Notes: generated by a model not told the origin, from the letters alone. A stretch of DNA of 32,000 bases from Psychrobacter cryohalolentis K5 (GCF_000013905.1 NC_007969.1:2880001-2912000); one strand, 5' to 3'; shown: positions 17,777 through 27,178, counted from the stretch's first letter. Numbers and translations are program-made.

Positions 17777-18241
17777 ATGGGATTAGAAAAAAAGATAGCA
17801 TTAAACATCTCTAAAGAGCTCTCTAATAAACTGTCAAAGAAAATAGCTGGACAGACTATCAGGTGGATGCAAAGTCAAAGCACTACAATAGATCTAGGCT
17901 GCCTCGAAAATCTCTGGGATGATGTTTGTTACCAGTGTCAAGGGGGATCACGAACCTACTCATGGAATCAATATGATTTTGCGGTTGTGACATATGTCAT
18001 ATCACGGCTTGAAGAGCTCAGTGAATATGAAGCTAATGCAATCTGGTTACAAACTGAATATGCCTATGATCATCTAGTCGATATGGAAGACGGTGGTGTA
18101 AGCATAGATAGTAGTTTCACACCAATGAACTCATCGCCCTATGTAGATGACATAGCAAAATATATTGCTCATAAATATATTTATGAGCAGGCAGCCAGTT
18201 GGCATAACGATAGACTCCGACAAGCTCTCGGATACGATTAA
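17777..18241 (+). CDS. hypothetical protein (154 aa)
   Basis: Open frame with an SD-like AAGGCGG. No motif I can name. Convergent with hsdR. Confidence 0.5.
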   Translation: MGLEKKIALNISKELSNKLSKKIAGQTIRWMQSQSTTIDLGCLENLWDDVCYQCQGGSRTYSWNQYDFAVVTYVISRLEELSEYEANAIWLQTEYAYDHLVDMEDGGVSIDSSFTPMNSSPYVDDIAKYIAHKYIYEQAASWHNDRLRQALGYD

Positions 18242-18361
18242 AGGAACTGCACTGGTCAAGCCTTGAATCTTTACTAAAAAGTGTGTAATCGCTTATAACT
18301 CACTAACTGGAGAATAAGCAATGGCTACTCAATCTAATACTAAAAACTGAAAAACCTTACC

Positions 18362-18390
18362 CTATAAGCCTTCAAAAAGAAGGCCTATAG
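18362..18390 (-). terminator. long hairpin between convergent genes; probable hsdR terminator
   Basis: CTATAAGCCTTC-aaaaa-GAAGGCCTATAG, 11 of 12 bp paired. On the minus strand a T-run follows a few nt later. Confidence 0.45.
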
Positions 18391-18454
18391 TCCATCATTG
18401 AAGACGGCTTTAAAGCTAGGTCGTTAACATCTATACTTAAAAACTAGCTTCGAT

Positions 18455-21400
18455 TTAAGCGCTCATTCTATAAACACTATCATTACCACCACGGTAGCTG
18501 GCAAAGATATGCTGATAGACATCTGTTGCTTTAGTATCAACATCTTCATCACTATATGATTCAATAGGTAAGTGCAACATATTCTCATGAATAACGATCT
18601 TAACTTGAGCGATTACTTCACGACTTTCTCGCCAACGCTCGATACTTAACTTTTCTACTTTTAATTTATCTAACGTATCCTTAGCGACTTTTTTAACTTT
18701 TTTAACATCTTCATTGTTTAGCTCTTTTCCTTTAGTTAATAAATCGAAAATTGCCAACACTTCTTGATCGCCTAGATTTTCTCTTACAGCTCTCTGCTCT
18801 TCAACAGATAGATCTCTAACAAAATCGTTTAGATCATCGAAAGCTTTCACTGTATTCTCTAGAGACTTACCAGCATTGTAAGCATCAATGATCTCTTTAT
18901 AACGCTCATAGAACTCAATCCTTAAAGGATTCTCCTTTAACATTTGCTCCAGCTTATTTTCAATGATCTGTTGAAGCGTATATGTCATAGTATTTTTTTG
19001 ATCAGACTTTGCGAAAGCAGCTTTCAGCTTGTCAAAATCCAAGTTACTTAAGTCAATATAAACACCATCTACATTATGACTCTGTTTTACGCTAATGCTA
19101 TCGCTCACTAAACTTTGTAGCTTCTTCATCACTTCAGTGATATCTGCTGATTTGGCTTTTTTATTGAGCTGCTTATAAATAGCCTCGATAGCATTATGAT
19201 CTTTAGTATGAGACTTGGCTTGTGGCTCAGGAAAGAGGGCTTTGTATTTTCTAAAAACATTCTGCGCCATAACCTCAAAAGTTGCTCGGCTTGTCTCATT
19301 TAAGCACACACAGTTTTCTGCTTCTTGTAATTTGCTAATTCTAAGCATTGGACTGGCATTCTTGAGAGATTCAAGATCAAAGCCCAACGATCCAAGATGC
19401 TTGATGGTTTCTTCAATAGCAATTTTCAGCTCTACCTCTAACTCAGATAATTCAGGGATTGGCTTTTCAGGACCTGTTCCTTTACCACCTCCACCAGTAC
19501 CACCTTCACCATATACAGAATATGCTTTTTCTAACTGCTCATAGACATTACCGTAATCAACAATTAAGCCATTCTCTTTCTCATCGTCATAGACACGGTT
19601 CGCCCTTGCAATGGTCTGCATTAGAGTATGACCTTTGATAGGCTTATCTAGATATACGGTAGATACACACTGTGCATCAAAGCCTGTGATCCACATTGCA
19701 CAGACAATCGCTAAACGAAATGGATTATCAGGATCTTTAAATTCCTTTTCTAGGTCTCGCTCAACCATCTTCTTACGATGGGTAGCAACGTCTAATCCAA
19801 GCTTTTTAAACTTATCAACTTCATTCTGCTCGCCACTGACCACCACACACACTTCAGTTTCAGTGACTCGATTAAATTTCCTTCCTAGCTCTTGAGCCTC
19901 TTGAACATCTTCTGCATTATCAATACGCTTTTGTAGCTCAATTAGGTATTCACCCCAATAGCGCTTAATAAGATCATACATACGTACAGCTGTAGGCTTA
20001 TCGAGAGCGACAAGCATCGCCTTACCCTGATAACCACGTTCATTGAAGTGCCATACTAAATCTTTGGCAATAGTCTCTAATCGGGATTGTGCCGTGAGTA
20101 TCGGATAGTTTCTACTAAACTTATGAATAAGCTTCTGTCTTTGATCTTCGGTTAGATCTTCATTCTCTAAAACTTCAGCCATTTCTTCATCAAGCTTTGG
20201 ATTATCGATGTTAAGCAGCTCTCCTTTATTAAGATAACGAAGAGGCAAAGTCGCCCCATCTTCAACAGCACGTTTAAAGTCATAAACAGACACATAGTCA
20301 CCAAATATATCTTTGGTCAGCTCTTCTTCGTCTTTGATAATCGGCGTACCTGTAAAGCCCAAATACGACGCATTAGGTAAACCATAAAACCGCATATTGC
20401 GTGCATAAGTACCACCTTGTGTACGATGAGCTTCATCCGATATCACAATGACGTTCTTACGATTAGTTATTAATGGATATTCGCTCTCTTTATTTGGGTC
20501 AATAGAGAACTTATGAATCAGGGTAAATATGTATCTATGGTTTTCCGATAGTAGCTCTCGCAAGTGCTCGCGCCCTGTCATTCCTGACTTTTTACCTGCA
20601 ATTAATTCTTTTTTATTAACGACGCCAACGCCTGAAAAAGTATCATAGATCTGACTTTCTAACTCGCTTCTATCAACTACCAATAAGAAGGTATAAGACC
20701 CTCCCATCTTCCGATGGATTTTCTCGCATAAGAAAACCATTGAGTAAGACTTACCACTGCCTTGAGTGTGCCAAAACACACCAAGCTTGCCCTGCAAATC
20801 TTCAATATTATCGACTTGATCGATGACTTTATTAACGCCAATATATTGGTGATTTTTTGCCATCAGCTTAACGACTTCACCATAGGAGGTGTCGAACAAT
20901 AGAAAGTTCTCAAAAATATCCATTAAGCGTTTTGGGTCACAAGTACCACGAATCATGGTATCTAAGCTAACTACCCCTTCTGCATCTTCCTCAATACGCT
21001 TCCAATCAAGGAAGTACTTATAAGGGCTGGTTACCGTTCCTACTTTAGACTCTGTACCATTACTAAGGATAACGAAGCCGTTGCAATGAAAAATAGCAGG
21101 GATGGTATCTTTATAATCAGTAAAGTTATCATCATAAGCGTGACGCAGATCCTGATGATGAGCTTTTAACTCAAAGAACACTAGCGGAATGCCATTAACA
21201 AAACCCACTATATCAGGGCGACGGTTATATAGATCTCCAACCACTTCTAATTGGCTTACCGCCAAAAAGCTATTATTGCTATAGTCTTGATAATCAAAGA
21301 CCTTTAGATCGCGCTCTTCAAGTTCATTATCGCTATTAGTGAATTTAACAGGGACACCATCTTTTAGCAGCTTATACTTTTCTTGGTTGATCTTACCAAG

Positions 21401-21658
21401 CGTTTTATCTGCCGTTTTTTGAGTAATGATGTCGATAGCTTGCTGATAAGCGGTATCAGGCAAGCCAGGATTTAGGGTAACCAAAGCATGGCTTAACTCA
21501 CGAGTGAGAATGACCTCTGATCTATTCTCTCTTCCAAGTAGACCGTCCTTACCAAAGGTTTCTTTTTTCCAAGCTGTTACGACTTCCCAGCCAAGCTCAA
21601 TTAATACGTCTTTGGTCGCTTCCTCAACCATGCCATCTTCTGAATATTCGTAGCTCAT
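18455..21658 (-). CDS. hsdR: type I restriction enzyme R subunit
   Basis: N-terminal PD-(D/E)xK (RPDIVGFVNGIPLVFFELKA). SF2 motor motifs HTQGSGKS (Walker A), SDEAHR (DEAH) and QTIARANR. Long helical C-terminal region. Last gene of the hsdM-hsdS-hsdR order. Confidence 0.95.
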   Translation of the reverse strand: MSYEYSEDGMVEEATKDVLIELGWEVVTAWKKETFGKDGLLGRENRSEVILTRELSHALVTLNPGLPDTAYQQAIDIITQKTADKTLGKINQEKYKLLKDGVPVKFTNSDNELEERDLKVFDYQDYSNNSFLAVSQLEVVGDLYNRRPDIVGFVNGIPLVFFELKAHHQDLRHAYDDNFTDYKDTIPAIFHCNGFVILSNGTESKVGTVTSPYKYFLDWKRIEEDAEGVVSLDTMIRGTCDPKRLMDIFENFLLFDTSYGEVVKLMAKNHQYIGVNKVIDQVDNIEDLQGKLGVFWHTQGSGKSYSMVFLCEKIHRKMGGSYTFLLVVDRSELESQIYDTFSGVGVVNKKELIAGKKSGMTGREHLRELLSENHRYIFTLIHKFSIDPNKESEYPLITNRKNVIVISDEAHRTQGGTYARNMRFYGLPNASYLGFTGTPIIKDEEELTKDIFGDYVSVYDFKRAVEDGATLPLRYLNKGELLNIDNPKLDEEMAEVLENEDLTEDQRQKLIHKFSRNYPILTAQSRLETIAKDLVWHFNERGYQGKAMLVALDKPTAVRMYDLIKRYWGEYLIELQKRIDNAEDVQEAQELGRKFNRVTETEVCVVVSGEQNEVDKFKKLGLDVATHRKKMVERDLEKEFKDPDNPFRLAIVCAMWITGFDAQCVSTVYLDKPIKGHTLMQTIARANRVYDDEKENGLIVDYGNVYEQLEKAYSVYGEGGTGGGGKGTGPEKPIPELSELEVELKIAIEETIKHLGSLGFDLESLKNASPMLRISKLQEAENCVCLNETSRATFEVMAQNVFRKYKALFPEPQAKSHTKDHNAIEAIYKQLNKKAKSADITEVMKKLQSLVSDSISVKQSHNVDGVYIDLSNLDFDKLKAAFAKSDQKNTMTYTLQQIIENKLEQMLKENPLRIEFYERYKEIIDAYNAGKSLENTVKAFDDLNDFVRDLSVEEQRAVRENLGDQEVLAIFDLLTKGKELNNEDVKKVKKVAKDTLDKLKVEKLSIERWRESREVIAQVKIVIHENMLHLPIESYSDEDVDTKATDVYQHIFASYRGGNDSVYRMSA

Positions 21659-21692
21659 GATTACCCCGTAAATTACAACTAATTTATATTTT

Positions 21693-22934
21693 TTATACTT
21701 CGATAATACCCATCATCAGACGTGGTAAGAGAATGTCTCGGGCTTCTTGTAAAAGCTGATTTTGCTGATGTAATTTATATTTTAGTTCAAATATAGGTTG
21801 AACAATTTCGTCAAATTTTTTTATAAGCGGCTCTTGTGGGAAAAAATCCTGAAATCTTCTAATAAATGACAAACTGTAAAATTTCTGAGCAACCCCTGAT
21901 GACTGATTATCTAACTTTATCTTGTTTATAGGATTAGTTAAGTAACAATACAGAAAAGAATCAAAACAATTCTTTTTCTTAAAAATAACCACGTTTTTAC
22001 AGCTATATTCAAAATCTTCTGTTACTACACCAATATTTCCTAACGTACCAATATTCGAAAATAATATATCCCCTTTTTCGATACCACTTCTTTTTCTAAT
22101 TTTTTCATGATCTTCTATGCTTATTTGATAAGCTGATTCAAAATCAATAATGCCTTTATTAAGGTGTTTCCCAGTAACTAAGTAGCATCCATGATTTACT
22201 TGCTTGGGTGAGTCATGAGTACCATCTGTAATTTTTGAACATAAATAATCTAACCCTTTTTTCTCCCAACCCTCTGGCAAACCTGTCTCTGCATCAATTT
22301 GTGTGTTCTCATAATTTGGAAATTTCTTACGTACGAACCATTCTTCATAGATGAGCTGTGCTTGCTCTTCTAATAGCTCAATACGTCTTATATTATTTTC
22401 GATTAAGTCATAATAGGCTGATAAGATGCTAGCAATTTTTTGTTGGGTTGGTAGTGGTGGAAGATGAATTTTGATACTACCTATATCTCCATTGCTTATA
22501 TTCGCTTGGTTTCCAGCACCTTTGGCACGCAATCCTACATTTTGAAAAAAATAATCTGTTGTTAAGAAGTAATATAAAAAATTATGATCGCAGATCTTAT
22601 CTTTTACTTTGAATTTTCCAACACGCTGATTAAGTAAAAGTTTTTCTTTGTGCCTTGATTTAGCGACTCTTCCAACTGCTGATGAAGGAAGTGTTATATG
22701 TGAACCAGTCATAGCAATTACAAAGTCATCATATTGAATATGATACTTTTCGTTTAACTTTAAAAAATCTTTATCAACGAAGTCTCCATTATCAATGACA
22801 AGCATTTTGTCTTTTAGACTTTTAATCTTAATAATAGGTACACCTGAACTGATAAAATCTTTTGATTTGAAAGCATAGCCATTAATAATTTTAGCAACGT
22901 CATCTATAGTATATTCTCTCCAGTCTTCCTTCAT
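21693..22934 (-). CDS. hsdS: type I restriction enzyme S (specificity) subunit, two TRDs
   Basis: Two variable TRDs are separated by a conserved central helix (LPPLPTQQKIASILSAYYDLIENNIRRIELLEEQAQLIYEEWF) and followed by a C-terminal helix (QQNQLLQEARDILLPRLM). The start overlaps the hsdM stop by 4 nt. Confidence 0.9.
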   Translation of the reverse strand: MKEDWREYTIDDVAKIINGYAFKSKDFISSGVPIIKIKSLKDKMLVIDNGDFVDKDFLKLNEKYHIQYDDFVIAMTGSHITLPSSAVGRVAKSRHKEKLLLNQRVGKFKVKDKICDHNFLYYFLTTDYFFQNVGLRAKGAGNQANISNGDIGSIKIHLPPLPTQQKIASILSAYYDLIENNIRRIELLEEQAQLIYEEWFVRKKFPNYENTQIDAETGLPEGWEKKGLDYLCSKITDGTHDSPKQVNHGCYLVTGKHLNKGIIDFESAYQISIEDHEKIRKRSGIEKGDILFSNIGTLGNIGVVTEDFEYSCKNVVIFKKKNCFDSFLYCYLTNPINKIKLDNQSSGVAQKFYSLSFIRRFQDFFPQEPLIKKFDEIVQPIFELKYKLHQQNQLLQEARDILLPRLMMGIIEV

Positions 22935-24511
22935 AGTTCAACTCCTTGAATCTTTTTCATAAGCTCAGCTGCTTCTTTATTTAGACTGCTAAGCTCTGAG
23001 CGGATCTCAGTCATACGCCCTTTATAGTCAAAATCCATATCAATATCGATATTTACGCCCACATAGCGCCCTGGCGTTAAACTATAGTCTTGCTCTTTTA
23101 GAGCATCAAGATCCACTACTTTGCATAGTCCTTCGACATCCGTATACGTGCCATCAGGGAAATGCTCAGTGAACCACTCATTGTCTTTACTAACGCCAAG
23201 CTCATCGCCGCGAAAAGCATTAATTAGCGCTGTTAGACCCTCTAATTGATCCTCACTGAAATCTTGAATCGTGCTACTGACTTTACGATAAGTGTTACGC
23301 GCATCGATCATCAAGATTTTGTCTTTATTTTCCGCCTTCTTTTCTTTATTAAAGAACCAAACGTGACACGGTAGTGATCGGGTATAAAAGAAATTATTAG
23401 CGATAGAGACGATACACTCGACATCGCCTGTCTCTATCAACTGCTGACGTATAAGCTTTTCAGCATGACCTGCGTCAGTCGCTGATGATGCCATAACGAA
23501 TCCTGCGCGCCCAGTCTTATTCAGATAACTGTGGAAATACTGAATCCACAAATAGTTGCCATTACCGATCGTACCGCCTTTGGTCAAAGGTGCGCCAAAC
23601 GGCAAGCGAGCGTCTTCTGTGAGAAATTTATTTTTCCCATCGATACCACTTACGTTAAATGGCGGGTTTGCCATGACAAAATCGCACTTACCATTGAGAT
23701 CATGCGGGTTAGTATAAAAACTATTACTCTCTATTATTGCCCCTTCGATACCATGAACAGCAAGGTTCATCTTAGCAAGCTTAGTATTATTACTTTTAAG
23801 CTCTGTACCATAGACCGTAATAGCCTCGTTAACACTCTTGTTTGGCATATGGCCTTGTATGAAATGAGCCGTCTGTACAAACATGCCACCGGAGCCACAG
23901 GCAGGATCATGAATAATGCCATGATCAGGTTGAATGAAATTGACAATCAGATTGACCAGTGATGGCGGTGTGAAGAATTCGCCACCCTCTTGTGCACCAG
24001 CACCTTGCATAGAGAACTTCATCAGGAAGAATTCATAAATACGACCGAAGATATCACCCTTAGCTTTTCTTACCGCATCTTTGTTAAATACACGCACCAA
24101 GTCGCGTAATAGCTTATTATCAAAGACTTGGTAGTTTTTGGGAAGTATACCTACTAATGAGGGATACTCTTCCTCGATGAGTTTCATCGCGTTATTGATT
24201 GCCTCAGCGATATTTTCGCTTTCAGGTAATGCAGCTAAATAATCATATTTGGCTTTTTCAGGTAGTAGAATCGATCCTGCAGCTACGAAGTCGTCTTTGG
24301 TCACCTCGCGCTTTTGACCAGTACGAGGATTGATTGCTAATGACTCTTGAATTTTAACCTTAGCATCTTCATGGCGATTTTGTACAAATCGTAAAAACAC
24401 TAAACCTAGTAAAGGATCTTTATATTCAGCAGCGGTAAGGGTTGAGTTGGCACGCAGGTTGTCAGCCGCGTTCCATAGATCACTTTCGAGTTGTTTGATT
24501 GAAATATCCAT
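22931..24511 (-). CDS. hsdM: type I restriction enzyme M subunit (N6-adenine DNA methyltransferase)
   Basis: HsdM_N-like N-terminus (LWNAADNLRANSTLTAAEYKDPLLGLVFLRF). GEFFTPPSLV. Motif I DPACGSGGMF. Motif IV NPPFN. Confidence 0.95.
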   Translation of the reverse strand: MDISIKQLESDLWNAADNLRANSTLTAAEYKDPLLGLVFLRFVQNRHEDAKVKIQESLAINPRTGQKREVTKDDFVAAGSILLPEKAKYDYLAALPESENIAEAINNAMKLIEEEYPSLVGILPKNYQVFDNKLLRDLVRVFNKDAVRKAKGDIFGRIYEFFLMKFSMQGAGAQEGGEFFTPPSLVNLIVNFIQPDHGIIHDPACGSGGMFVQTAHFIQGHMPNKSVNEAITVYGTELKSNNTKLAKMNLAVHGIEGAIIESNSFYTNPHDLNGKCDFVMANPPFNVSGIDGKNKFLTEDARLPFGAPLTKGGTIGNGNYLWIQYFHSYLNKTGRAGFVMASSATDAGHAEKLIRQQLIETGDVECIVSIANNFFYTRSLPCHVWFFNKEKKAENKDKILMIDARNTYRKVSSTIQDFSEDQLEGLTALINAFRGDELGVSKDNEWFTEHFPDGTYTDVEGLCKVVDLDALKEQDYSLTPGRYVGVNIDIDMDFDYKGRMTEIRSELSSLNKEAAELMKKIQGVEL

Positions 24512-24568
24512 AAACTATCGTTTTCCTAACGTATATTTAAATTGTTTTAAATTTGGTTGTTTGAAGGT

Positions 24569-26371
24569 CTATAAACTCCAAAGCTCACTTTGTATCGCAT
24601 ATTGCTCTGATAGCAGCTTTTGAATAGCTTTTTGTGTTTCTCTGCTTTTATCTATACATGCAATTGCCTGCTCTCGCTCTTCTAAAGACGGTACTATAAC
24701 AGGTATCTGCTTGAGCTCTTTTAATGAAATATTGGGTATAGTAGCCCCTTTAATCAGACCAGAGATTTGAGTTTGCCCGATATCTGATTTTAGATAAGCG
24801 TATAAAACCTTTGGGTTCACTTTGTCAGAAATTGTCCTTATTACTATCGCTGATCGATTTACCATCCAACATCTATCGCCTGTCGTTGGAACATCTTCAG
24901 GCACGATACCAAGCTTACCAGCACTACCTTTTAGGATGAAAATAATATCATTCGGCTGTAAAAAACCTGTTTGGTTCTTCGCACGTTCTGACTCTGATAT
25001 ATTGGCTTCTTTGGTTGGTACAGAGATGTCACCAATGTCATTTAGTTCGCTAGCGCCTACCTCTAAGACAGTATAGTCACCTTCGTCTGGCTTAACAGAC
25101 AATCCACGCTCAAAACGAACGATCCTATCAAGAGTGACTGTCGTTGACTCGCTAAGGATTTTATTGACTCTCTTTTCCTTTGGATCTAGAAGGTAACGCC
25201 CGACACTCAGATCATAGTCGTTTTTTTGGATGAGCGATGATGATACTGAGGTTGCGCAATCTAATTCTTTATCAGAGGCTAGATACTCTAAAATAATATC
25301 GATATTGCTTAAGCTTAGTAATCGCTTGGTGGTCTTTTCAATAAACTCTTCACCAGTTACGTCTATAAATCTTACCGATTGATTATTACCATTTGGCTCA
25401 ATGAGTAATAATGATGTCTTTACAGCAGTCCCTGTCCAGATTCCTGAAGGTAGAGATATCACTGCTTTAAGCATACCCTGATCAACTAAATACTGCCTCA
25501 GATCTTTCTCCATAGTAGAGTATAAGAATCCTTCAGGAACAGATACAACAACGGTTCCACGACATTGTTTAATCAAATGTAAGATATTAGCTGATTCAAC
25601 TTTCTTAGTCGGTATAATAAATCTATCGTAGCTATCGATATTATCAGAAATATGCTTTGGCACCATTACGCCCATCGGTGAAAAACTAACACCATGATCA
25701 AACGTCTTGAGTTCATTTTTTGATGTTATGTAAGCAGGCTTATCCAATGCATTAGAATATGATACCTCAAAGCTATTTTTGCTCATCAACGATAAAGCAT
25801 CTGCTATCATTCCTGACTGATTTATTGTTTCATAGCAAACACCTTCAGACTCCTCGCTAGCTATAATAGCTAAAGGAAGTGAAGCTGGTGACATTAGATA
25901 GGTCGTTTTACCACTTTTATCCCCTAATAATGCATTTGCTAGCAGGTATACGCTGAAGTCTGCAAAACCCTCACTAGTGGAGGAGGTAAAGTTTGAAATG
26001 ATCGTTCTGATCGAATCAACTGCTGGGCTTTCTAGAGTGATATCCTGATACTTCAATAAAGTACTTATTGCGCTGTGAATAAATGGCAGTGGAAGATCCT
26101 CTAGAGCATTATCATATGAGAAAACCCGCTGTATCTGGCTATCCTCACTTGCTTTAAGAGCGTCTATAAGCGCTAACCACTCGCCTTTATACTCCGCTAA
26201 ACTTTGACTTAGCTTTAAACCATTCGGAAGCTTGTCTTCTTTTGACAACACCAAGATTGTTATTAGCTTTAATGCGACTTCATTTTCATTGTGTTTTCTA
26301 ATGCCATGTGAGCGCATAAGATCATAAAAACTCCAGACCAGACTCTGAACGTTTTGGGTATTTTTTTGCAT
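24569..26371 (-). CDS. HsdM-like methyltransferase-fold protein with degenerate catalytic motifs, fused to a single HsdS-type target recognition domain
   Basis: By-eye alignment to the adjacent HsdM. DPACGSGGMF corresponds to SPASLPLAII (aa 161-170, nt ~25868-25894). FVMANPPFNV corresponds to HGVSFSPMGV (aa 226-235, nt 25667-25696). The post-catalytic block is retained: VVVSVPEGFLYS...LRQYLVDQGMLKAVISLPSGIWTGTAVKTSLLLIEP. The C-terminal aa ~405-600 has a Methylase_S pattern: NDIIFILKGSAGKLGIV...LYAYLKSDIGQTQISGLIKGATIPNISLKELKQIPVIVPSLEEREQAI. Confidence 0.7.
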   Translation of the reverse strand: MQKNTQNVQSLVWSFYDLMRSHGIRKHNENEVALKLITILVLSKEDKLPNGLKLSQSLAEYKGEWLALIDALKASEDSQIQRVFSYDNALEDLPLPFIHSAISTLLKYQDITLESPAVDSIRTIISNFTSSTSEGFADFSVYLLANALLGDKSGKTTYLMSPASLPLAIIASEESEGVCYETINQSGMIADALSLMSKNSFEVSYSNALDKPAYITSKNELKTFDHGVSFSPMGVMVPKHISDNIDSYDRFIIPTKKVESANILHLIKQCRGTVVVSVPEGFLYSTMEKDLRQYLVDQGMLKAVISLPSGIWTGTAVKTSLLLIEPNGNNQSVRFIDVTGEEFIEKTTKRLLSLSNIDIILEYLASDKELDCATSVSSSLIQKNDYDLSVGRYLLDPKEKRVNKILSESTTVTLDRIVRFERGLSVKPDEGDYTVLEVGASELNDIGDISVPTKEANISESERAKNQTGFLQPNDIIFILKGSAGKLGIVPEDVPTTGDRCWMVNRSAIVIRTISDKVNPKVLYAYLKSDIGQTQISGLIKGATIPNISLKELKQIPVIVPSLEEREQAIACIDKSRETQKAIQKLLSEQYAIQSELWSL

Positions 26372-26411
26372 AAGATGAAATTACCTTTATTATTTAGTAT
26401 TGAAAGACATG

Positions 26412-26597
26412 CTATTTAAAAGCAAGTCTTCGATCATAGCTGTCTAAGTTATAGGTAGTAATCAATGTACCGCTTTCAGAAACAACGACTACCCCACCTT
26501 TTTTTAAAATATTCTTTAGCGTCTTGATAGCCGTCTGAATATCTTTGACATTAAGATCTGCGCCAGAACTTATTTTCTCATAACAGCTTAGTTTCAT
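26412..26597 (-). CDS. small hypothetical protein (61 aa), second of an overlapping pair
   Basis: The start overlaps the upstream stop (ATGA). The C-terminal GGVVVVSESGTLITTYN resembles the C-terminal strand motif of DUF4258-type small proteins (weak, from memory). Confidence 0.5.
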   Translation of the reverse strand: MKLSCYEKISSGADLNVKDIQTAIKTLKNILKKGGVVVVSESGTLITTYNLDSYDRRLAFK

Positions 26598-26779
26598 CTT
26601 ACTCTCTCCTTTTTACACGCTAGAAGAAACTCGAATTCTACGAGTAGTTCTTTTGCACGTCTTTTATTTACAATGACCTTATCTCCGTCTACTTCTCCGA
26701 AAGCCATAACAATATCTAGTTCGGCTTTACCTATAGCACGTTGACTCATCCTTGATACTAAATGCGTTGAAGCTTTCAT
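26594..26779 (-). CDS. small hypothetical protein (61 aa), first gene of the minus-strand hsd operon
   Basis: AAGGAA SD lies 7 nt upstream. HLVSRMSQRAIGKAELDIV resembles the N-terminal H-x3-R-x3-R-x-I motif of DUF4258-type (BECR-fold) small toxins (weak, from memory). Confidence 0.5.
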   Translation of the reverse strand: MKASTHLVSRMSQRAIGKAELDIVMAFGEVDGDKVIVNKRRAKELLVEFEFLLACKKERVR

Positions 26780-26813
26780 AAGAATTTCCTTGCAATCATT
26801 GTTTGATGCAAGT

Positions 26814-26842
26814 ATTAAACCATAGAAACTCAGTGGTGTAAA
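26814..26842 (-). promoter_or_regulatory. putative sigma70 promoter of the six-gene minus-strand operon
   Basis: On the minus strand: TTTACA (26842-26837), 17-nt spacer, TTTAAT (26819-26814), about 35 nt upstream of the ATG at 26779. Sequence match only. Confidence 0.3.
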
Positions 26843-27178
26843 TAGTATTGATATAATATTTTTATATTAATGTTGGTATTTTAAAGATATTAGTGATTTT
26901 ATTGGATTTACCATTAGCTATTAAGCTATGTAATAAAGTGAGTTGCTTAGATCAAGAGAGGCTATATTTGAACAAGTCGATCACTTATTAATGAACGAAA
27001 CAAAGTAAAATAGATAGTAATTAAAATAATAGGAGAGCTCACAGAAAGTGAGTAGGAGATATTGTTATAGCTTTACAGCTAGAAAGTGACAACTGACACT
27101 GCAAGTCCAGCGACTGAGCGTTTGAGGAATAAAATATGCTAAAGAGCTTACGTGTTAAGTAGCTCAATAATGTAAATC

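Noticed and set aside
18320-18349. 9-codon ORF (MATQSNTKN) with a GGAG SD downstream of the 154-aa gene
   Set aside because: It is far too short and has no supporting structure or repeat. It is probably a chance ORF.
21693-26371. Possibility that the extra S-like TRD plus hsdS form a phase-variable (shufflon-type) specificity system
   Set aside because: I saw no inverted repeats shared between the TRD-coding region of 24569..26371 and hsdS. There is no silent hsdS cassette and no adjacent recombinase gene. The conserved helices differ at the protein level, so DNA-level recombination targets are unlikely.
26350-26371. A7 homopolymer immediately after the start codon of the 600-aa gene (ATG CAA AAA AAT) as a slipped-strand phase-variation switch
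   Set aside because: Seven residues is shorter than typical contingency tracts. No comparative evidence is available.
26780-27178. Hidden gene or ncRNA in the 400-bp spacer upstream of the hsd operon
   Set aside because: There are only trivial ORFs (6 codons or fewer) and weak hairpins such as CTCAC-agaaa-GTGAG. Nothing rises above the AT-rich background except the putative promoter already listed.
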